Shown: positions 39,281 through 49,505 of the stretch, in pieces
Layout: each line of letters opens with the position of its first letter
Numbering within the stretch: position 1 is the stretch's first letter
Made by a program: the position numbers and the translations under genes
Source of the DNA: an uncultured Gammaproteobacteria bacterium
GTDB lineage: Bacteria; Patescibacteriota; Microgenomatia; Levybacterales; UBA12049
Length of the DNA stretch: 64,000 nucleotides
Assembly (NCBI GenBank): GCA_964525395.1
Contig: CAZGGU010000002.1
Span: forward strand, 30,263-94,262
Reading direction: 5' to 3'
The notes under the pieces: generated by a model
Seen by the model: only the letters and a program-made list of their open reading frames with translations
Told to the model about the DNA's origin: nothing
Database searches by the model: none

Positions 39281-39340
39281 GGGTCAAGGCCTTTATTCTT
39301 CATCCTCGCTTTCGCTTGGACTTTCTTTATCGGCCTGCCC
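39281..39340. repeat. Hairpin/REP-like element in 5' region of the 39274 gene
   Basis: GGG.CA.GGCC...GGCC.TGCCC arms around TCCTCGCTTTCGCTTGGA. Confidence 0.45.
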
Positions 39341-39385
39341 CTCCTCTTCAAAATACTTCGTATTTTGATATTGAATTGTTAGGGC

Positions 39386-39610
39386 TTAGAGTATAACAAG
39401 GGCAGCAACAAAAATCAAAATTCCAATTAGTATATTAACTAATGCAAAGTAATTAATCAAGCTAGAAGCTCCCTTATCATTTACCACGCGGCTCATTGCT
39501 CTAGCTTGTTGGAGAATTATCAATAAAAAAATGATATAGATTCCGCTTAATATTAAGAATCCAATTTTCAGTAAATAGTTTTGAAGAAAAAATATTATTG
39601 TTTCAAGCAT
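39386..39610 (-). CDS. Small two-TM membrane protein
   Basis: Two hydrophobic helices around QQARAMSRVV; overlaps upstream gene. Confidence 0.75.
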   Translation of the reverse strand: MLETIIFFLQNYLLKIGFLILSGIYIIFLLIILQQARAMSRVVNDKGASSLINYFALVNILIGILIFVAALVIL

Positions 39611-40349
39611 GGCCACTCTTTCCAATTAAATTATTAATTATTTTTATAACACGTTCTGGATGAGGAACAGCGAGGAATTCGAAATTAGAGGCAGTGCCTG
39701 CAGTCTGCAGATGAACATCACCATAATCGAAAATTGATCTAATAAGGCCAACTTGGACATAGCTTACATCTTCAACTTGCGAGAGTTTAGTGGCGGAAAC
39801 ATGTTCAACGATTATGTTTGAATAGTCCACATCCATCACTCTAACATTGGTAACAATTGAGATGTTATAAAACCAAGTAAGGTAGTTAACAAACATATAC
39901 CCACTGATTATGACGAAATAGTAAAAAGAATAAATAATTAATTTTGCCTCGGGTGTGAAGAAGGTAAGGGAAATAAATCCAGAATAAATTAAAAGTTCTA
40001 TTCCAATTGGAATTAGAGAGAAGAGAATTGCTTTAATTATCCAGGGTAGGTTAGTAATAAAGTGGCGTCGTAGCATAAGAAGAAGGATTTCTTGTTCTTG
40101 CTGATCCCCAAAAACTACAGATTTAGGATTATCGCAGTATCCTGTAAAAAGATGAAGATGTCTATGCGATTTATCTTGACTTGCGTGTGATTCGTGCGGC
40201 TTAGTGGTTGACTCTGGACGGAAATTACTGGTTGATGTATTTACGTTTATTATTGGTGAATCGGTCGTAGCTGGTGTAGTGCTCGGTTGAGCTTCAGGTT
40301 GATGTTGGCTTGGCACTGGATTAGTATCGTCAATAAAAATGTCAGGCAT
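39603..40349 (-). CDS. Bacterial PH-domain (bPH_2) membrane protein
   Basis: LRRHFITN, WFYN..IVTN.R..D, IFDYGDVHLQTAG, VPHP. Confidence 0.85.
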   Translation of the reverse strand: MPDIFIDDTNPVPSQHQPEAQPSTTPATTDSPIINVNTSTSNFRPESTTKPHESHASQDKSHRHLHLFTGYCDNPKSVVFGDQQEQEILLLMLRRHFITNLPWIIKAILFSLIPIGIELLIYSGFISLTFFTPEAKLIIYSFYYFVIISGYMFVNYLTWFYNISIVTNVRVMDVDYSNIIVEHVSATKLSQVEDVSYVQVGLIRSIFDYGDVHLQTAGTASNFEFLAVPHPERVIKIINNLIGKSGHA

Positions 40350-40391
40350 AATATTAGAGATAAGTATGCCTAATTATAGCAAGTTTTGCAA

Positions 40392-42029
40392 TTATTTTTT
40401 CTCTACGTTAAAGAAGGCAAATCCTGATTGAGGAATTGAGAGTCTTCCGGGAGCGCGAAGGTTAAACGCTCTTTTAAAATCATCGCCTGAGATGTTTACT
40501 CCGTTAACAGTAACAGAGTTAGTTGTTCCATTTCCTTGAGAAACAGAAACGCTTGTCGCAGATCCGATTGACCCAGGAGTGACAGATCTTAACTCATCCA
40601 TGGAATAAGGATTTCCACCCCAGCAGGAAGTAGTAACAGGGGTAATGCGGGATGTATCCACGCCGCCGCTTCTGAGAGCGATGGCAGCATTAACTATGTC
40701 AGCCATTTCTTCAGGACTCAGCCACGGATTATCTCTCCCGCATTTATCTGAAGATGTAGAATATCCCTGCGTATACCAAGCTTTATAAAGCCAAGGAGAG
40801 CCACCAACTTTTTCCCATGCTTTATCGATAAAATTACCTCCACCTGATCCGTCAGTGGTGTCCCACCCTCGTGTGGAAGTAAAACCTCCATGAGTTGAAG
40901 CATAGTAGGTTACTACATCTTCTAATACTTGTCCGCGAGTTGCTTCAACTGCGGCTCGCCAGGCATCTGGAGGACTGCTAGCTTTGCCATCGTTATAGAC
41001 CTGGCATGCTTCTGTCGTGCAGATTTCTGTTCCCTGAGATTTATACCTATAAGCATAAGTTCTAGCAGCAATTGCCTGCGCTTTAAGAGCCTCTGGATGC
41101 CAGCTGGAGGGCATTTCTGCAATTCCCATCATATATCGTCCTTCGAAATCCATGGCTCCGAAACCGGCAACGTTAATAGTTCCTCCAGTATCTTTGGCTA
41201 CTGGATCTTTGCCGTAGTAAGCGTTAAGAATTTGTGCTGCGGTTTGCCCATTTTGTGCTCTTCCTCTGGCACCATATTGACTCATGCCTTTTCTGTGAGT
41301 ATGCGCTCCGAAAGAAAATACTGCAAAATATCCAGCAGGGGCTGATTCGCGAAATCCTTTGATAGAAGCTTTGTAGTCATCTGCCAAATCACTGTCTCCT
41401 ACGTTGGCGTTAAATCCACCAGATCTGGCATTAATAATCGATTGTTGTTTGGCTGAAAGATCAGCAATTTTACCTGATAATTCTGTTTGATACTTTTGTG
41501 CATCTCCAATTACTTTATCTAAGTTGATTTTAAGTTCGGCTAGTCGAATTTTTTCACTTTCCAAATCTTTTTTCTTTTTTTCTAAGCCTTGAAGAGTAAG
41601 AGCGATATTAGTTATTTTTTCTTTGTCTTGGTCAGCAGCAGCTTTATGATATGCAAGAAGTCTGGTTACCTCAGATGCGCTTGTCCCTGAAATAAAGGTG
41701 AGAAGAGGAGAATTATAATAGCTTTTAATATAGAAATCACGAATCGCGATATTCAACTCGTCCGTTTGTTTTTCTAGCTGCTTGTAGCCATCGTCAATTT
41801 CTTTTTGTTTTTGTGCAGTATCATACTCGATATAAGCTACTCTTTTTTTAATTCCATCCACCTGAGCTATTAATGGACTAGTAGCAGCTTTTGATTGATT
41901 TAAAGCGCTAGTTAAATCATTTATTTGTTTTCCTAAATCATCTAACTCATCACCTCTGGCTGTTTGAGTACCAAGAAATAAGGAGCTGGTTAAAAGTAGC
42001 AAAAATGTAAGTGTAAAAAGTTTGGGCAT
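40392..42029 (-). CDS. SpoIID/LytB-domain cell wall hydrolase with N-terminal coiled coil
   Basis: HRKGMSQYGA, AEMPSSWHPEALKAQAIAARTYA, CQVY. Confidence 0.9.
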   Translation of the reverse strand: MPKLFTLTFLLLLTSSLFLGTQTARGDELDDLGKQINDLTSALNQSKAATSPLIAQVDGIKKRVAYIEYDTAQKQKEIDDGYKQLEKQTDELNIAIRDFYIKSYYNSPLLTFISGTSASEVTRLLAYHKAAADQDKEKITNIALTLQGLEKKKKDLESEKIRLAELKINLDKVIGDAQKYQTELSGKIADLSAKQQSIINARSGGFNANVGDSDLADDYKASIKGFRESAPAGYFAVFSFGAHTHRKGMSQYGARGRAQNGQTAAQILNAYYGKDPVAKDTGGTINVAGFGAMDFEGRYMMGIAEMPSSWHPEALKAQAIAARTYAYRYKSQGTEICTTEACQVYNDGKASSPPDAWRAAVEATRGQVLEDVVTYYASTHGGFTSTRGWDTTDGSGGGNFIDKAWEKVGGSPWLYKAWYTQGYSTSSDKCGRDNPWLSPEEMADIVNAAIALRSGGVDTSRITPVTTSCWGGNPYSMDELRSVTPGSIGSATSVSVSQGNGTTNSVTVNGVNISGDDFKRAFNLRAPGRLSIPQSGFAFFNVEKK

Positions 42030-42148
42030 CTAGATATTATATCATCCCAATAAAACTATATCTAATTTGAATTCAGTTTGATTTAGCGATCTATATTAGG
42101 GTTAAAATGTTGACAATATTTTTCGGTGTGATATAGTAACCGAGCCAA

Positions 42149-42739
42149 ATGGAAGAAATATCTTATAACACAACACCAACTCGCACTAAGAGGAAAGTGC
42201 CAAAAAGACTTATAATTTTTATTGTTTTCTTTATTATCATTTTGGCACTCATTGGTGGTTTAATCTTCTTTGTAACACGCGATTCTTCAGACAATTCTAA
42301 TGCAGAGCAAACAATTACTCTTCCTGAAGAAACACAAACTGAAGAACAGCCTGTGGTTACGGAAACTGAAACTCCAACTCCTGAGGAAACAGAGGCTCCA
42401 ACGAAAGCCACTACTCCCACAAAAGGACCAACTCCGACAGGATCAAGTTCTAGCAACACTAATTCATCTGTAAAAGTAGCTATTCAAAATGGAAGTGGCG
42501 AATCAGGGGTAGCTGGAACAGCAAGTAACTTAGTAAAAGAAGCTGGTTTTACAATAGCTTCTACTGGAAATGCTGATAATTTTGATTACGAAGATGTTAC
42601 GATTAAGATAAAAGCTTCCAAAAAAAGCTTCCTTTCAGCTCTCGAGGATTCACTCTCAGGTGACTATACTATTGGGACAACTTCTTCAGATCTTCCTGAG
42701 TCCACCACTTACGATGCTCTTGTAATCATTGGAAAATAA
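42149..42739 (+). CDS. LytR C-terminal domain membrane protein
   Basis: TM, Thr/Pro linker, VAIQNGSGESGVAG...GF.I..TGNA...VIIGK. Confidence 0.88.
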   Translation: MEEISYNTTPTRTKRKVPKRLIIFIVFFIIILALIGGLIFFVTRDSSDNSNAEQTITLPEETQTEEQPVVTETETPTPEETEAPTKATTPTKGPTPTGSSSSNTNSSVKVAIQNGSGESGVAGTASNLVKEAGFTIASTGNADNFDYEDVTIKIKASKKSFLSALEDSLSGDYTIGTTSSDLPESTTYDALVIIGK

Positions 42740-42754
42740 TCATAGACTTATTCC

Positions 42755-43384
42755 ATGGGAATAGCTCCTTCAATTCTGGAAAATAATTGGGAAGATATCG
42801 AAAAAAAACTCAAGATTTGCCAAGGATTTGCTCGCACGATTCACGTTGATTTTATCGATGGTAAATTTGCTCCAAACACAACGTTTTTAGACTTTGCTCC
42901 ATTTAAAGAATATTCAGAATATTTCGTTCTTGAAGCGCATTTAATGGTGGAGAATCCAATCCAGTATTTAGATCCACTTTTTTCTGCAGGATTTAAAAAA
43001 GTAATTGCTCAGGTAGAGAAACTTCCTGACCAAGTAGAATTTGTCGCAAAGGCACAGCTCTTGGGAAGCGTTGGTTTGGCTCTTGATCTAGATACTTCGA
43101 TTTCTGCCATTACTGTTAATAAAGATGATTTAGATCAAATACTTTTAATGAGCGTTAAGGCAGGCGCAGCACATCAAGAGTTTGATTCATCAGTTTTGGA
43201 GAAATTAAGAAATTTAAAAGAAGAATATTTAGGAGAAATTGAAATAGACGGAGGAGTAAACGTAAAAAACATTAAAACTCTTTTTGACGAAGGGGCTATG
43301 AGTTTTTCTGTAAATAGTTTTATTTTCAGCGCAGAGAATTCAGAAGCACAGTTTAGGCTACTCGAATCCAAGATTGATTATTAA
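42755..43384 (+). CDS. rpe: Ribulose-phosphate 3-epimerase
   Basis: IAPSIL, HVDFIDGKFAPN, EAHLMV, LLMSV..G, IEIDGGV. Confidence 0.93.
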   Translation: MGIAPSILENNWEDIEKKLKICQGFARTIHVDFIDGKFAPNTTFLDFAPFKEYSEYFVLEAHLMVENPIQYLDPLFSAGFKKVIAQVEKLPDQVEFVAKAQLLGSVGLALDLDTSISAITVNKDDLDQILLMSVKAGAAHQEFDSSVLEKLRNLKEEYLGEIEIDGGVNVKNIKTLFDEGAMSFSVNSFIFSAENSEAQFRLLESKIDY

Positions 43385-46167
43385 GGCTGAGGTTTTGGAC
43401 TGTTTTCATTTAGAACCAGAGGCCTGCAGAAATCTCTTCCTTCACTTCCTCTAACGAAGTATTCATTTTTACCCCCGCAAGACTTAGTGACTATATTTAC
43501 AGGAACTTCATATACCTCATCGCTTGGCTTGTCGCCGGCAAGCATGTTTTTCATAATTTTATTCCAAATTGGAGCTGCGCCAGTAATACCTGAAGCTAGG
43601 ATTGGATTCATTGGGGTATTATCATTATTTCCTACCCAGACAGCTACTAAATTACCTGGCGTGTAGCCTATGGTCCAGTTGTCTCTTTTGTTATCTGTCG
43701 TACCTGTTTTAACTGAAACAGTGTGCCCCGGGATGACTAAAGGTGAGTTAAGGCCAAACTCCATTGCGCGCGCTTGGTTGTCAGCTAAAATATTGGAAAT
43801 AATGTAAGCTACTTCAGCTGGAAGAACTTGTTTTTCTTTAACGTTTTTCTTTTCTTCAAGAACAGCTCCTTGATAGGTGGTTACTTTAAGAAGTGGGTTC
43901 AAATCTACTCTTTTACCACTGTTTGAAAGAGTCCCATAAACGGTAGCCATATCTGTCATTTTAGCTTCAGCCGCGCCTAAAGTTACGGCCAAGCCATATT
44001 GATCTGGATTTCCCCAAGATGATACACCCATATTTTCTGCGAGCCCAACCATATTAGCAATTCCTACTTGGTTAAGGGTTTTAACAGCTGGGATATTTAT
44101 TGAATTTCCAAGAGCGTAGCGAAGGCTTATGTTGCCTCTAAATCTTCCGTCATAATTTACTGGTGAGTAAGGTGGTGCTCCAGGAGAAGCGAATGAGACA
44201 GGGGTGTCAGGGATATTAGTCGCTGCAGTGTAGCCGTTCATTAATGCTGCGGAGTATGTAATGACTTTTACGGTGGAGCCTGGTTGACGAAGGGCAGTGG
44301 TTACATTGTAATTAGAATCAAAATAATCTTTTCCTCCAACCATAGCTAGGATATCTCCATTTTTAGGATTGGTTATTAACGCTCCTGCATTAGTGAAGTT
44401 AAGATACTTGCCGTTTTCAACCTCAGCACTAATAATATCCTGCGCCATCTCCTGCTTGTTAACATCAAGCGATGTGATAACGGTTAATCCGCCGCGCTCG
44501 ACCATATTAATTCCATATTTTTGAATAAGGAGATCTTTTACATACATGACGAAATGTGGTGCCTTAATAGCTTCCTGAGGAGGTTTGAAAGTTAGCTTTT
44601 CCTTATATGCTTTATCAGCCTCTTTCTGAGAAATATATTTAGCATTAACCATCTGGTCAAGAACTTGTTTTTGTCTATTTTTCCAAAGATTGTCATTTTG
44701 GTGAGGTGAATAAACACTTGGTGCTTGAGGCAAGCCTGCTAAGAAAGCTGACTCAGCTAGATCAATTTCAGATACACTTTTGCCAAAATATGTCTGTGCG
44801 GCTGCTTCTGCGCCCCAAGCAGTTCCACCGTAAGGAACTTGATTCAAATACATTTCTAAGATTTCGTCTTTCGTATAAATCCTGTTTGCCCAAACTGCTA
44901 AAACAATTTCTTTGACCTTGCGTTCAATTGAGCGCTCAGGTGTTAAGAGTCTTGCTTTAATAAGTTGCTGGGTAATAGTGGAGCCTCCCTGAAGCGGTTT
45001 TCCAGTAACGTCAGCATATGCGCTTCTGGCAATTCCTGTTACATCAAATCCAGGAGTTGTGTAAAAGTTTTTATCTTCAATCGCGATAGTCGCATTTTTT
45101 AAATTGTTGGGAACCTTGGAAAGAGGAACATTGGTTCTATTTTGATTTGCATAAATTTGATAAAGAAGAACTTTGTTTCTGTCATAAATTTTCGTTGTTT
45201 GGGAAACTTCTTGATTAGCTAGAGTATGTGGGTTTGGTAAGCTTTGGACAAATAAAAAGCCTGCCATTGGTAAAAAGAAAAAGAAAAATGAGAATGTTAC
45301 TCCAACAAAAAGATATTTAAATCTGGTGCCAAAAGGCACGCGAATAGGATTGATTCTTTTTCTACCGCGTTTGCCATGTCTTAGATGGGGAAGGGAGAGG
45401 CTTGGTAGCGAAGGCTTTGGAAGTTTTGGTTTTGGCAAAGAGATGCTTGGTAGAGCAATTTTAGGTAACGATATATTTGGCAAATTAACTTCTGGCATGG
45501 AGACAGACGGTTTTGAAATTGAAACACTTGGTAAGGCTGGTTTTGAAATTGTTGGTTTGGGAACGGAAATCGAAGGCAGTTCTGGTTTGGAGACTTTTGG
45601 TAAAGTTATTTGTGGCTTGTTGATTTTGGGCAAGCTAAACTTAGGTAAAGCTATTTTAGGAAAAGTGAATGTTGGGATTACAATCGTTGGCCGTTTTATA
45701 TTCGGTCGTTCGATCTTAGGAACGGGAATTCGAAGTTTATAGCTAGATTTTTCAATACTAAATTCAGGAACAATAAGTTTAAATTTAGGCTTAATCTTTT
45801 TAAGATTTATATTAAAACTAAGCTGAGGAATTTTAAGTTCTGGAGCTTTAACTCTAGGAAAATCAATAGAGAACTCAGGTTTTCTGAAGCTAATATTTGG
45901 TTTTTGGATATTGGGCTTGGAGAACTTTAATTTGTCGCTTAATTTATCAGACGAATATATTTCCGTTTCGACAACTTTTTCACTTTTTAGTATGTTGATA
46001 TTTTTTAGCCTATAAAAATCAGGAGTCTTAATGCTCGCTCTGTTTTTTGAAAATGAAATAACCCCCCTAAAAATTTTCGCGAAAAAGCCGAAGATGAGAA
46101 GAACTACATCTCCGATAAAAATCAATATTTTAGCTACGAAAACAACATAAAGTTGAAAGTATTTCAT
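43381..46167 (-). CDS. Class A penicillin-binding protein with long Pro-periodic N-terminal region
   Basis: IEDKNFY, GGSTITQQL, RKVKE (GT51); RQPGSTVK, SIN, KTGT (transpeptidase). Confidence 0.95.
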   Translation of the reverse strand: MKYFQLYVVFVAKILIFIGDVVLLIFGFFAKIFRGVISFSKNRASIKTPDFYRLKNINILKSEKVVETEIYSSDKLSDKLKFSKPNIQKPNISFRKPEFSIDFPRVKAPELKIPQLSFNINLKKIKPKFKLIVPEFSIEKSSYKLRIPVPKIERPNIKRPTIVIPTFTFPKIALPKFSLPKINKPQITLPKVSKPELPSISVPKPTISKPALPSVSISKPSVSMPEVNLPNISLPKIALPSISLPKPKLPKPSLPSLSLPHLRHGKRGRKRINPIRVPFGTRFKYLFVGVTFSFFFFFLPMAGFLFVQSLPNPHTLANQEVSQTTKIYDRNKVLLYQIYANQNRTNVPLSKVPNNLKNATIAIEDKNFYTTPGFDVTGIARSAYADVTGKPLQGGSTITQQLIKARLLTPERSIERKVKEIVLAVWANRIYTKDEILEMYLNQVPYGGTAWGAEAAAQTYFGKSVSEIDLAESAFLAGLPQAPSVYSPHQNDNLWKNRQKQVLDQMVNAKYISQKEADKAYKEKLTFKPPQEAIKAPHFVMYVKDLLIQKYGINMVERGGLTVITSLDVNKQEMAQDIISAEVENGKYLNFTNAGALITNPKNGDILAMVGGKDYFDSNYNVTTALRQPGSTVKVITYSAALMNGYTAATNIPDTPVSFASPGAPPYSPVNYDGRFRGNISLRYALGNSINIPAVKTLNQVGIANMVGLAENMGVSSWGNPDQYGLAVTLGAAEAKMTDMATVYGTLSNSGKRVDLNPLLKVTTYQGAVLEEKKNVKEKQVLPAEVAYIISNILADNQARAMEFGLNSPLVIPGHTVSVKTGTTDNKRDNWTIGYTPGNLVAVWVGNNDNTPMNPILASGITGAAPIWNKIMKNMLAGDKPSDEVYEVPVNIVTKSCGGKNEYFVRGSEGRDFCRPLVLNENSPKPQP

Positions 46168-46244
46168 ATTTTTAATGAGCAGGGGAAGATTACACGGAGA
46201 TTATACAAGATTGCGATTTTTTTGGGAAGAGGGGAGTTTAAAAT

Positions 46245-48410
46245 TTATTGTCCTGGAGTAGGTGAAGGAGTTGTGCTTGGATGAGGACAGTCTACGCAAT
46301 AACGGTCTCCTGTATCATCCGTCACGACATATTGTTCTTTAGCCTCTATATTATCGGTTTGGCCTGGTTTTGCAAGATCTTGGGTTGATTTGTCAATCCA
46401 AACGCTGGTTTTGCCTGGATCACGACGCTTTGGAAATTTATCTTTGATGAAATAATCTGAAGTAGTTTCGCATTGTGCGCCTGGAGCAGGAAATAATCCT
46501 GATTGTTTACAAACGCTAAGTTTTAGTACATTTTTAGGCTGAGTATAGGGCGTTGTTTTTTTACCGTCCAGCACAAAAGTCATAATATTATGCCAAATCG
46601 GAGAAGCTCCTGCGACACCGGAGGATACGCCAGACATCGGAGTATTATCATTATTTCCTACCCAGGATGCTACTAAATAATTTGGTGTGTATCCAAAAGT
46701 CCAGTTATCTTTATAGTCATTAGTAGTTCCAGTTTTAACTGAAACAGTTTGATCTCTAATTACTAAATCTGAATTTGCACCAAACCCTAGAAGTCTAGCT
46801 CGATTATCGGCAAGCATATCTGAAACGATAAATGCTACTTCTTCAGGTAGAATTTTTTTGCCAAAAATAGGTGATTTAACGTCTTTTTTCTCCAGGACTT
46901 TGCCTTTAGAATCTTTAACTTCTAAAATTGGATTAAGATCCACCCTATATCCTTTATTAGCAAACACGCCAAATGCTGTAGCCATATCTACCATTCTGAT
47001 CTCTCCTCCCCCTAGGGTTAGTGAGAGTCCATATCTTTCTGGATCGGTCAGAGTAGTGAGTCCCATTGCTGAAGCTGTAGCCATCATGTTTTCTATACCA
47101 TTTAATTTAAGCATTTTTACTGCTGGAATATTAAGAGAGGAGCCTAAAGAATCTCTCATAGAGACTACGCCATGAAATTTTCCATCATAATTTCTAGGAC
47201 AATAGCCTTTTCCTCCACCCTGAGGAAAGCAGATTTCTTTATCCACGAAAGTAGTGGCAGGACTGTAGCCATTTTGAATACCCACAGCATAATTAATTGG
47301 TTTGATTGATGAGCCCGGTTGGCGATGGGCTAGGGTGATATTTACGTTGCCATCAATTGAGTTATCGAAGTAATCTTTACTTCCTACCATGGCTAAAATA
47401 TCACCATTGGAGGGATTGGTAACTAGCGCAGCGCCATTGGAAACTCTCGCGAATTTTAACTTAGCTACTTCGGTAGCTACAGCTAGTTCTGCGAATTCTT
47501 GGATAGGCAAATCAAGTGTGGTTTTTACTTTAAATCCGCCTTCTTCCGTAAATTTTTTACCATATTTTTCAGTAAGCAGATCGCGAACATATAAAACGAA
47601 ATGTGGAGCCTTAATATTGTTAGAAATATTTTTGTATTTTAGTTTTTCAGCTTTAGCTTTTTTCTCCTGATCTGCGGTGATAAAGCCCTGTTCACGCATA
47701 GCTTTTAGCACTTGCTCTTGTCTCTCTTTGGCATATTCTGGATGAGATCCAAACGGAGAATAAAGAGATGGGCTCTGAGGAAGACCAGCCAGAAGAGCCG
47801 ATTCAGCTAGATCAAGTTCTTTGGCACTTTTTCCGAAATAAGTCTGTGCTGCAGCTTCAATTCCATAAGCAGTTCCGCCATAAGGAATTTGATTAAGATA
47901 AAGCTCAAGTATTTTATCTTTGGAGTACAAAGTTTCTGTGGCAAAAGCGAGAATGATTTCTTTCACTTTTCTTTTATATGTTTGCTCTGGGGTTAAAAGA
48001 CTACTTTTAATAAGCTGTTGCGTTAAAGTTGAACCCCCTTGAGTTGCTTTTCCGGTAACATTACCCACCAGAGCCCTCCCAATTCCCCTAAAGTCTATTG
48101 GCCCATGGTGATAAAAATCTTTATCTTCAATTGCGATAGTCGCATTTTGCACGTTTTTAGGAATATCCTTTAGAGGAATTTGAACTCTGTTTTTTTCTGA
48201 GTAAACATTATAAAGAAGCTTTCCGTTTCGATCATAAATTTGACTAGACTCAGGAATGTTGGTTGGATTATTAAGTCTAGTAGGTGAGGGAAGATCTTTA
48301 AGAATGAAAAGGTACATTGCGATGATGGCAACAATCATCAGCGCGATTAAGACAAAACCCAAATACTTTTTGCCACGAGTACTTTTCCACACTTTTTTAA
48401 CCTTTTTCAT
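46245..48410 (-). CDS. Class A penicillin-binding protein (PBP1A family)
   Basis: IEDKDFY, GGSTLTQQL, RQPGSSIKP, SLN, KTGT. Confidence 0.96.
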   Translation of the reverse strand: MKKVKKVWKSTRGKKYLGFVLIALMIVAIIAMYLFILKDLPSPTRLNNPTNIPESSQIYDRNGKLLYNVYSEKNRVQIPLKDIPKNVQNATIAIEDKDFYHHGPIDFRGIGRALVGNVTGKATQGGSTLTQQLIKSSLLTPEQTYKRKVKEIILAFATETLYSKDKILELYLNQIPYGGTAYGIEAAAQTYFGKSAKELDLAESALLAGLPQSPSLYSPFGSHPEYAKERQEQVLKAMREQGFITADQEKKAKAEKLKYKNISNNIKAPHFVLYVRDLLTEKYGKKFTEEGGFKVKTTLDLPIQEFAELAVATEVAKLKFARVSNGAALVTNPSNGDILAMVGSKDYFDNSIDGNVNITLAHRQPGSSIKPINYAVGIQNGYSPATTFVDKEICFPQGGGKGYCPRNYDGKFHGVVSMRDSLGSSLNIPAVKMLKLNGIENMMATASAMGLTTLTDPERYGLSLTLGGGEIRMVDMATAFGVFANKGYRVDLNPILEVKDSKGKVLEKKDVKSPIFGKKILPEEVAFIVSDMLADNRARLLGFGANSDLVIRDQTVSVKTGTTNDYKDNWTFGYTPNYLVASWVGNNDNTPMSGVSSGVAGASPIWHNIMTFVLDGKKTTPYTQPKNVLKLSVCKQSGLFPAPGAQCETTSDYFIKDKFPKRRDPGKTSVWIDKSTQDLAKPGQTDNIEAKEQYVVTDDTGDRYCVDCPHPSTTPSPTPGQ

Positions 48411-48477
48411 CTAATTTTGATTATAACACCGTCTGAGTTTAGAAGACAAAACTATAACTATTATATATAATGAAGGA

Positions 48478-49503
48478 ATGTTTGAGCAGATTCCGCAGTT
48501 TTTCCAATTCTTAACTATTCCCTTTCAATATGTTAATTTTATCGACGTTGTAATAATTTTTGTCGTTCTTATTTTCGTGATCGAGGGTTATGCGCTAGGA
48601 TTTATTCGCGGAATTTTAGATTTTTTGAGTTTTGTTTTATCTTTTGCTTTTGCCTTGGCTTTTTATGATCTTTTTGGACAACTTTTAGTTAATGTTTTTT
48701 CTGCACCTAAAGGAATAGCAAATGCAATTGGATTCTTCTTGGCTGCAATTATCTGCGAAATTGTGGTGACTTTTGCTATTAGATATTTTCTTTTACCATT
48801 TATTCTAGATAGAACAGAGAATATAGATTACCCAAGAAATGCCGAGAAATGGCTAGGAGTAATTCCAGGCATTTTGTCTGCATTTGTTCTTCTGGCTTTT
48901 CTTTTAACATTATTAGTAGCTTTTCCATTTTCTCCATTCTTATCTACATCGATTGCTTCTTCACGTTTAGGAAATCCTTTAGTCTCCAATATTCAAGGCC
49001 TTGATAAAAATTTGAACAATGTGTTTGGGGGAGCAGTAAACGATGCGCTCACTTTTTTAACGGTTGAGCCAAAAAGCGAAGATTTACTTAAGCTTAATTT
49101 TTCAACTACCAACATCAAACCTAATCCAGAAGCAGAGGCTGAGATGTTTAATTTGCTTAATATTGAGCGAGAGAAGGCAGGGTTAGATAAGCTTGATATT
49201 AATGCTGCAGAGCTAGAAGTAGCGAGAAAACATTGTTCAGACATGTTCGTCCGCGGATATTTTTCTCACTATACGCCTGAAGGAAAATCTCCCTTTGATC
49301 GAATGGCAGAGGGAAATGTGAAGTTTACATATGCAGGTGAAAACCTAGCTTTAGCTCCGAATGCAAAGCTCGCCATGCAAGGACTTATGAATAGTCCAGG
49401 ACATAAAGCAAATATTCTATCGGAGAAGTTTGGAGAAGTTGGGATTGGCGTAATTGACGGTGGAGTTTACGGACAAATGTTTTGCCAGGAATTTAAAGAC
49501 TAA
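48478..49503 (+). CDS. CvpA-family membrane domain fused to CAP/SCP domain
   Basis: N..D.......GY..GF CvpA start; N.ER...GL, ARKH..DM...YFSH, GENLA, MNSPGHKANIL. Confidence 0.88.
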   Translation: MFEQIPQFFQFLTIPFQYVNFIDVVIIFVVLIFVIEGYALGFIRGILDFLSFVLSFAFALAFYDLFGQLLVNVFSAPKGIANAIGFFLAAIICEIVVTFAIRYFLLPFILDRTENIDYPRNAEKWLGVIPGILSAFVLLAFLLTLLVAFPFSPFLSTSIASSRLGNPLVSNIQGLDKNLNNVFGGAVNDALTFLTVEPKSEDLLKLNFSTTNIKPNPEAEAEMFNLLNIEREKAGLDKLDINAAELEVARKHCSDMFVRGYFSHYTPEGKSPFDRMAEGNVKFTYAGENLALAPNAKLAMQGLMNSPGHKANILSEKFGEVGIGVIDGGVYGQMFCQEFKD

Positions 49504-49505
49504 TT

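Noticed and set aside
39281-39340. Possible SRP (4.5S) RNA, a hairpin with GAAA tetraloop on the minus strand
   Set aside because: Lacks the conserved CAGG...GGAA...AGCAG domain IV loops; better explained as a REP-like hairpin
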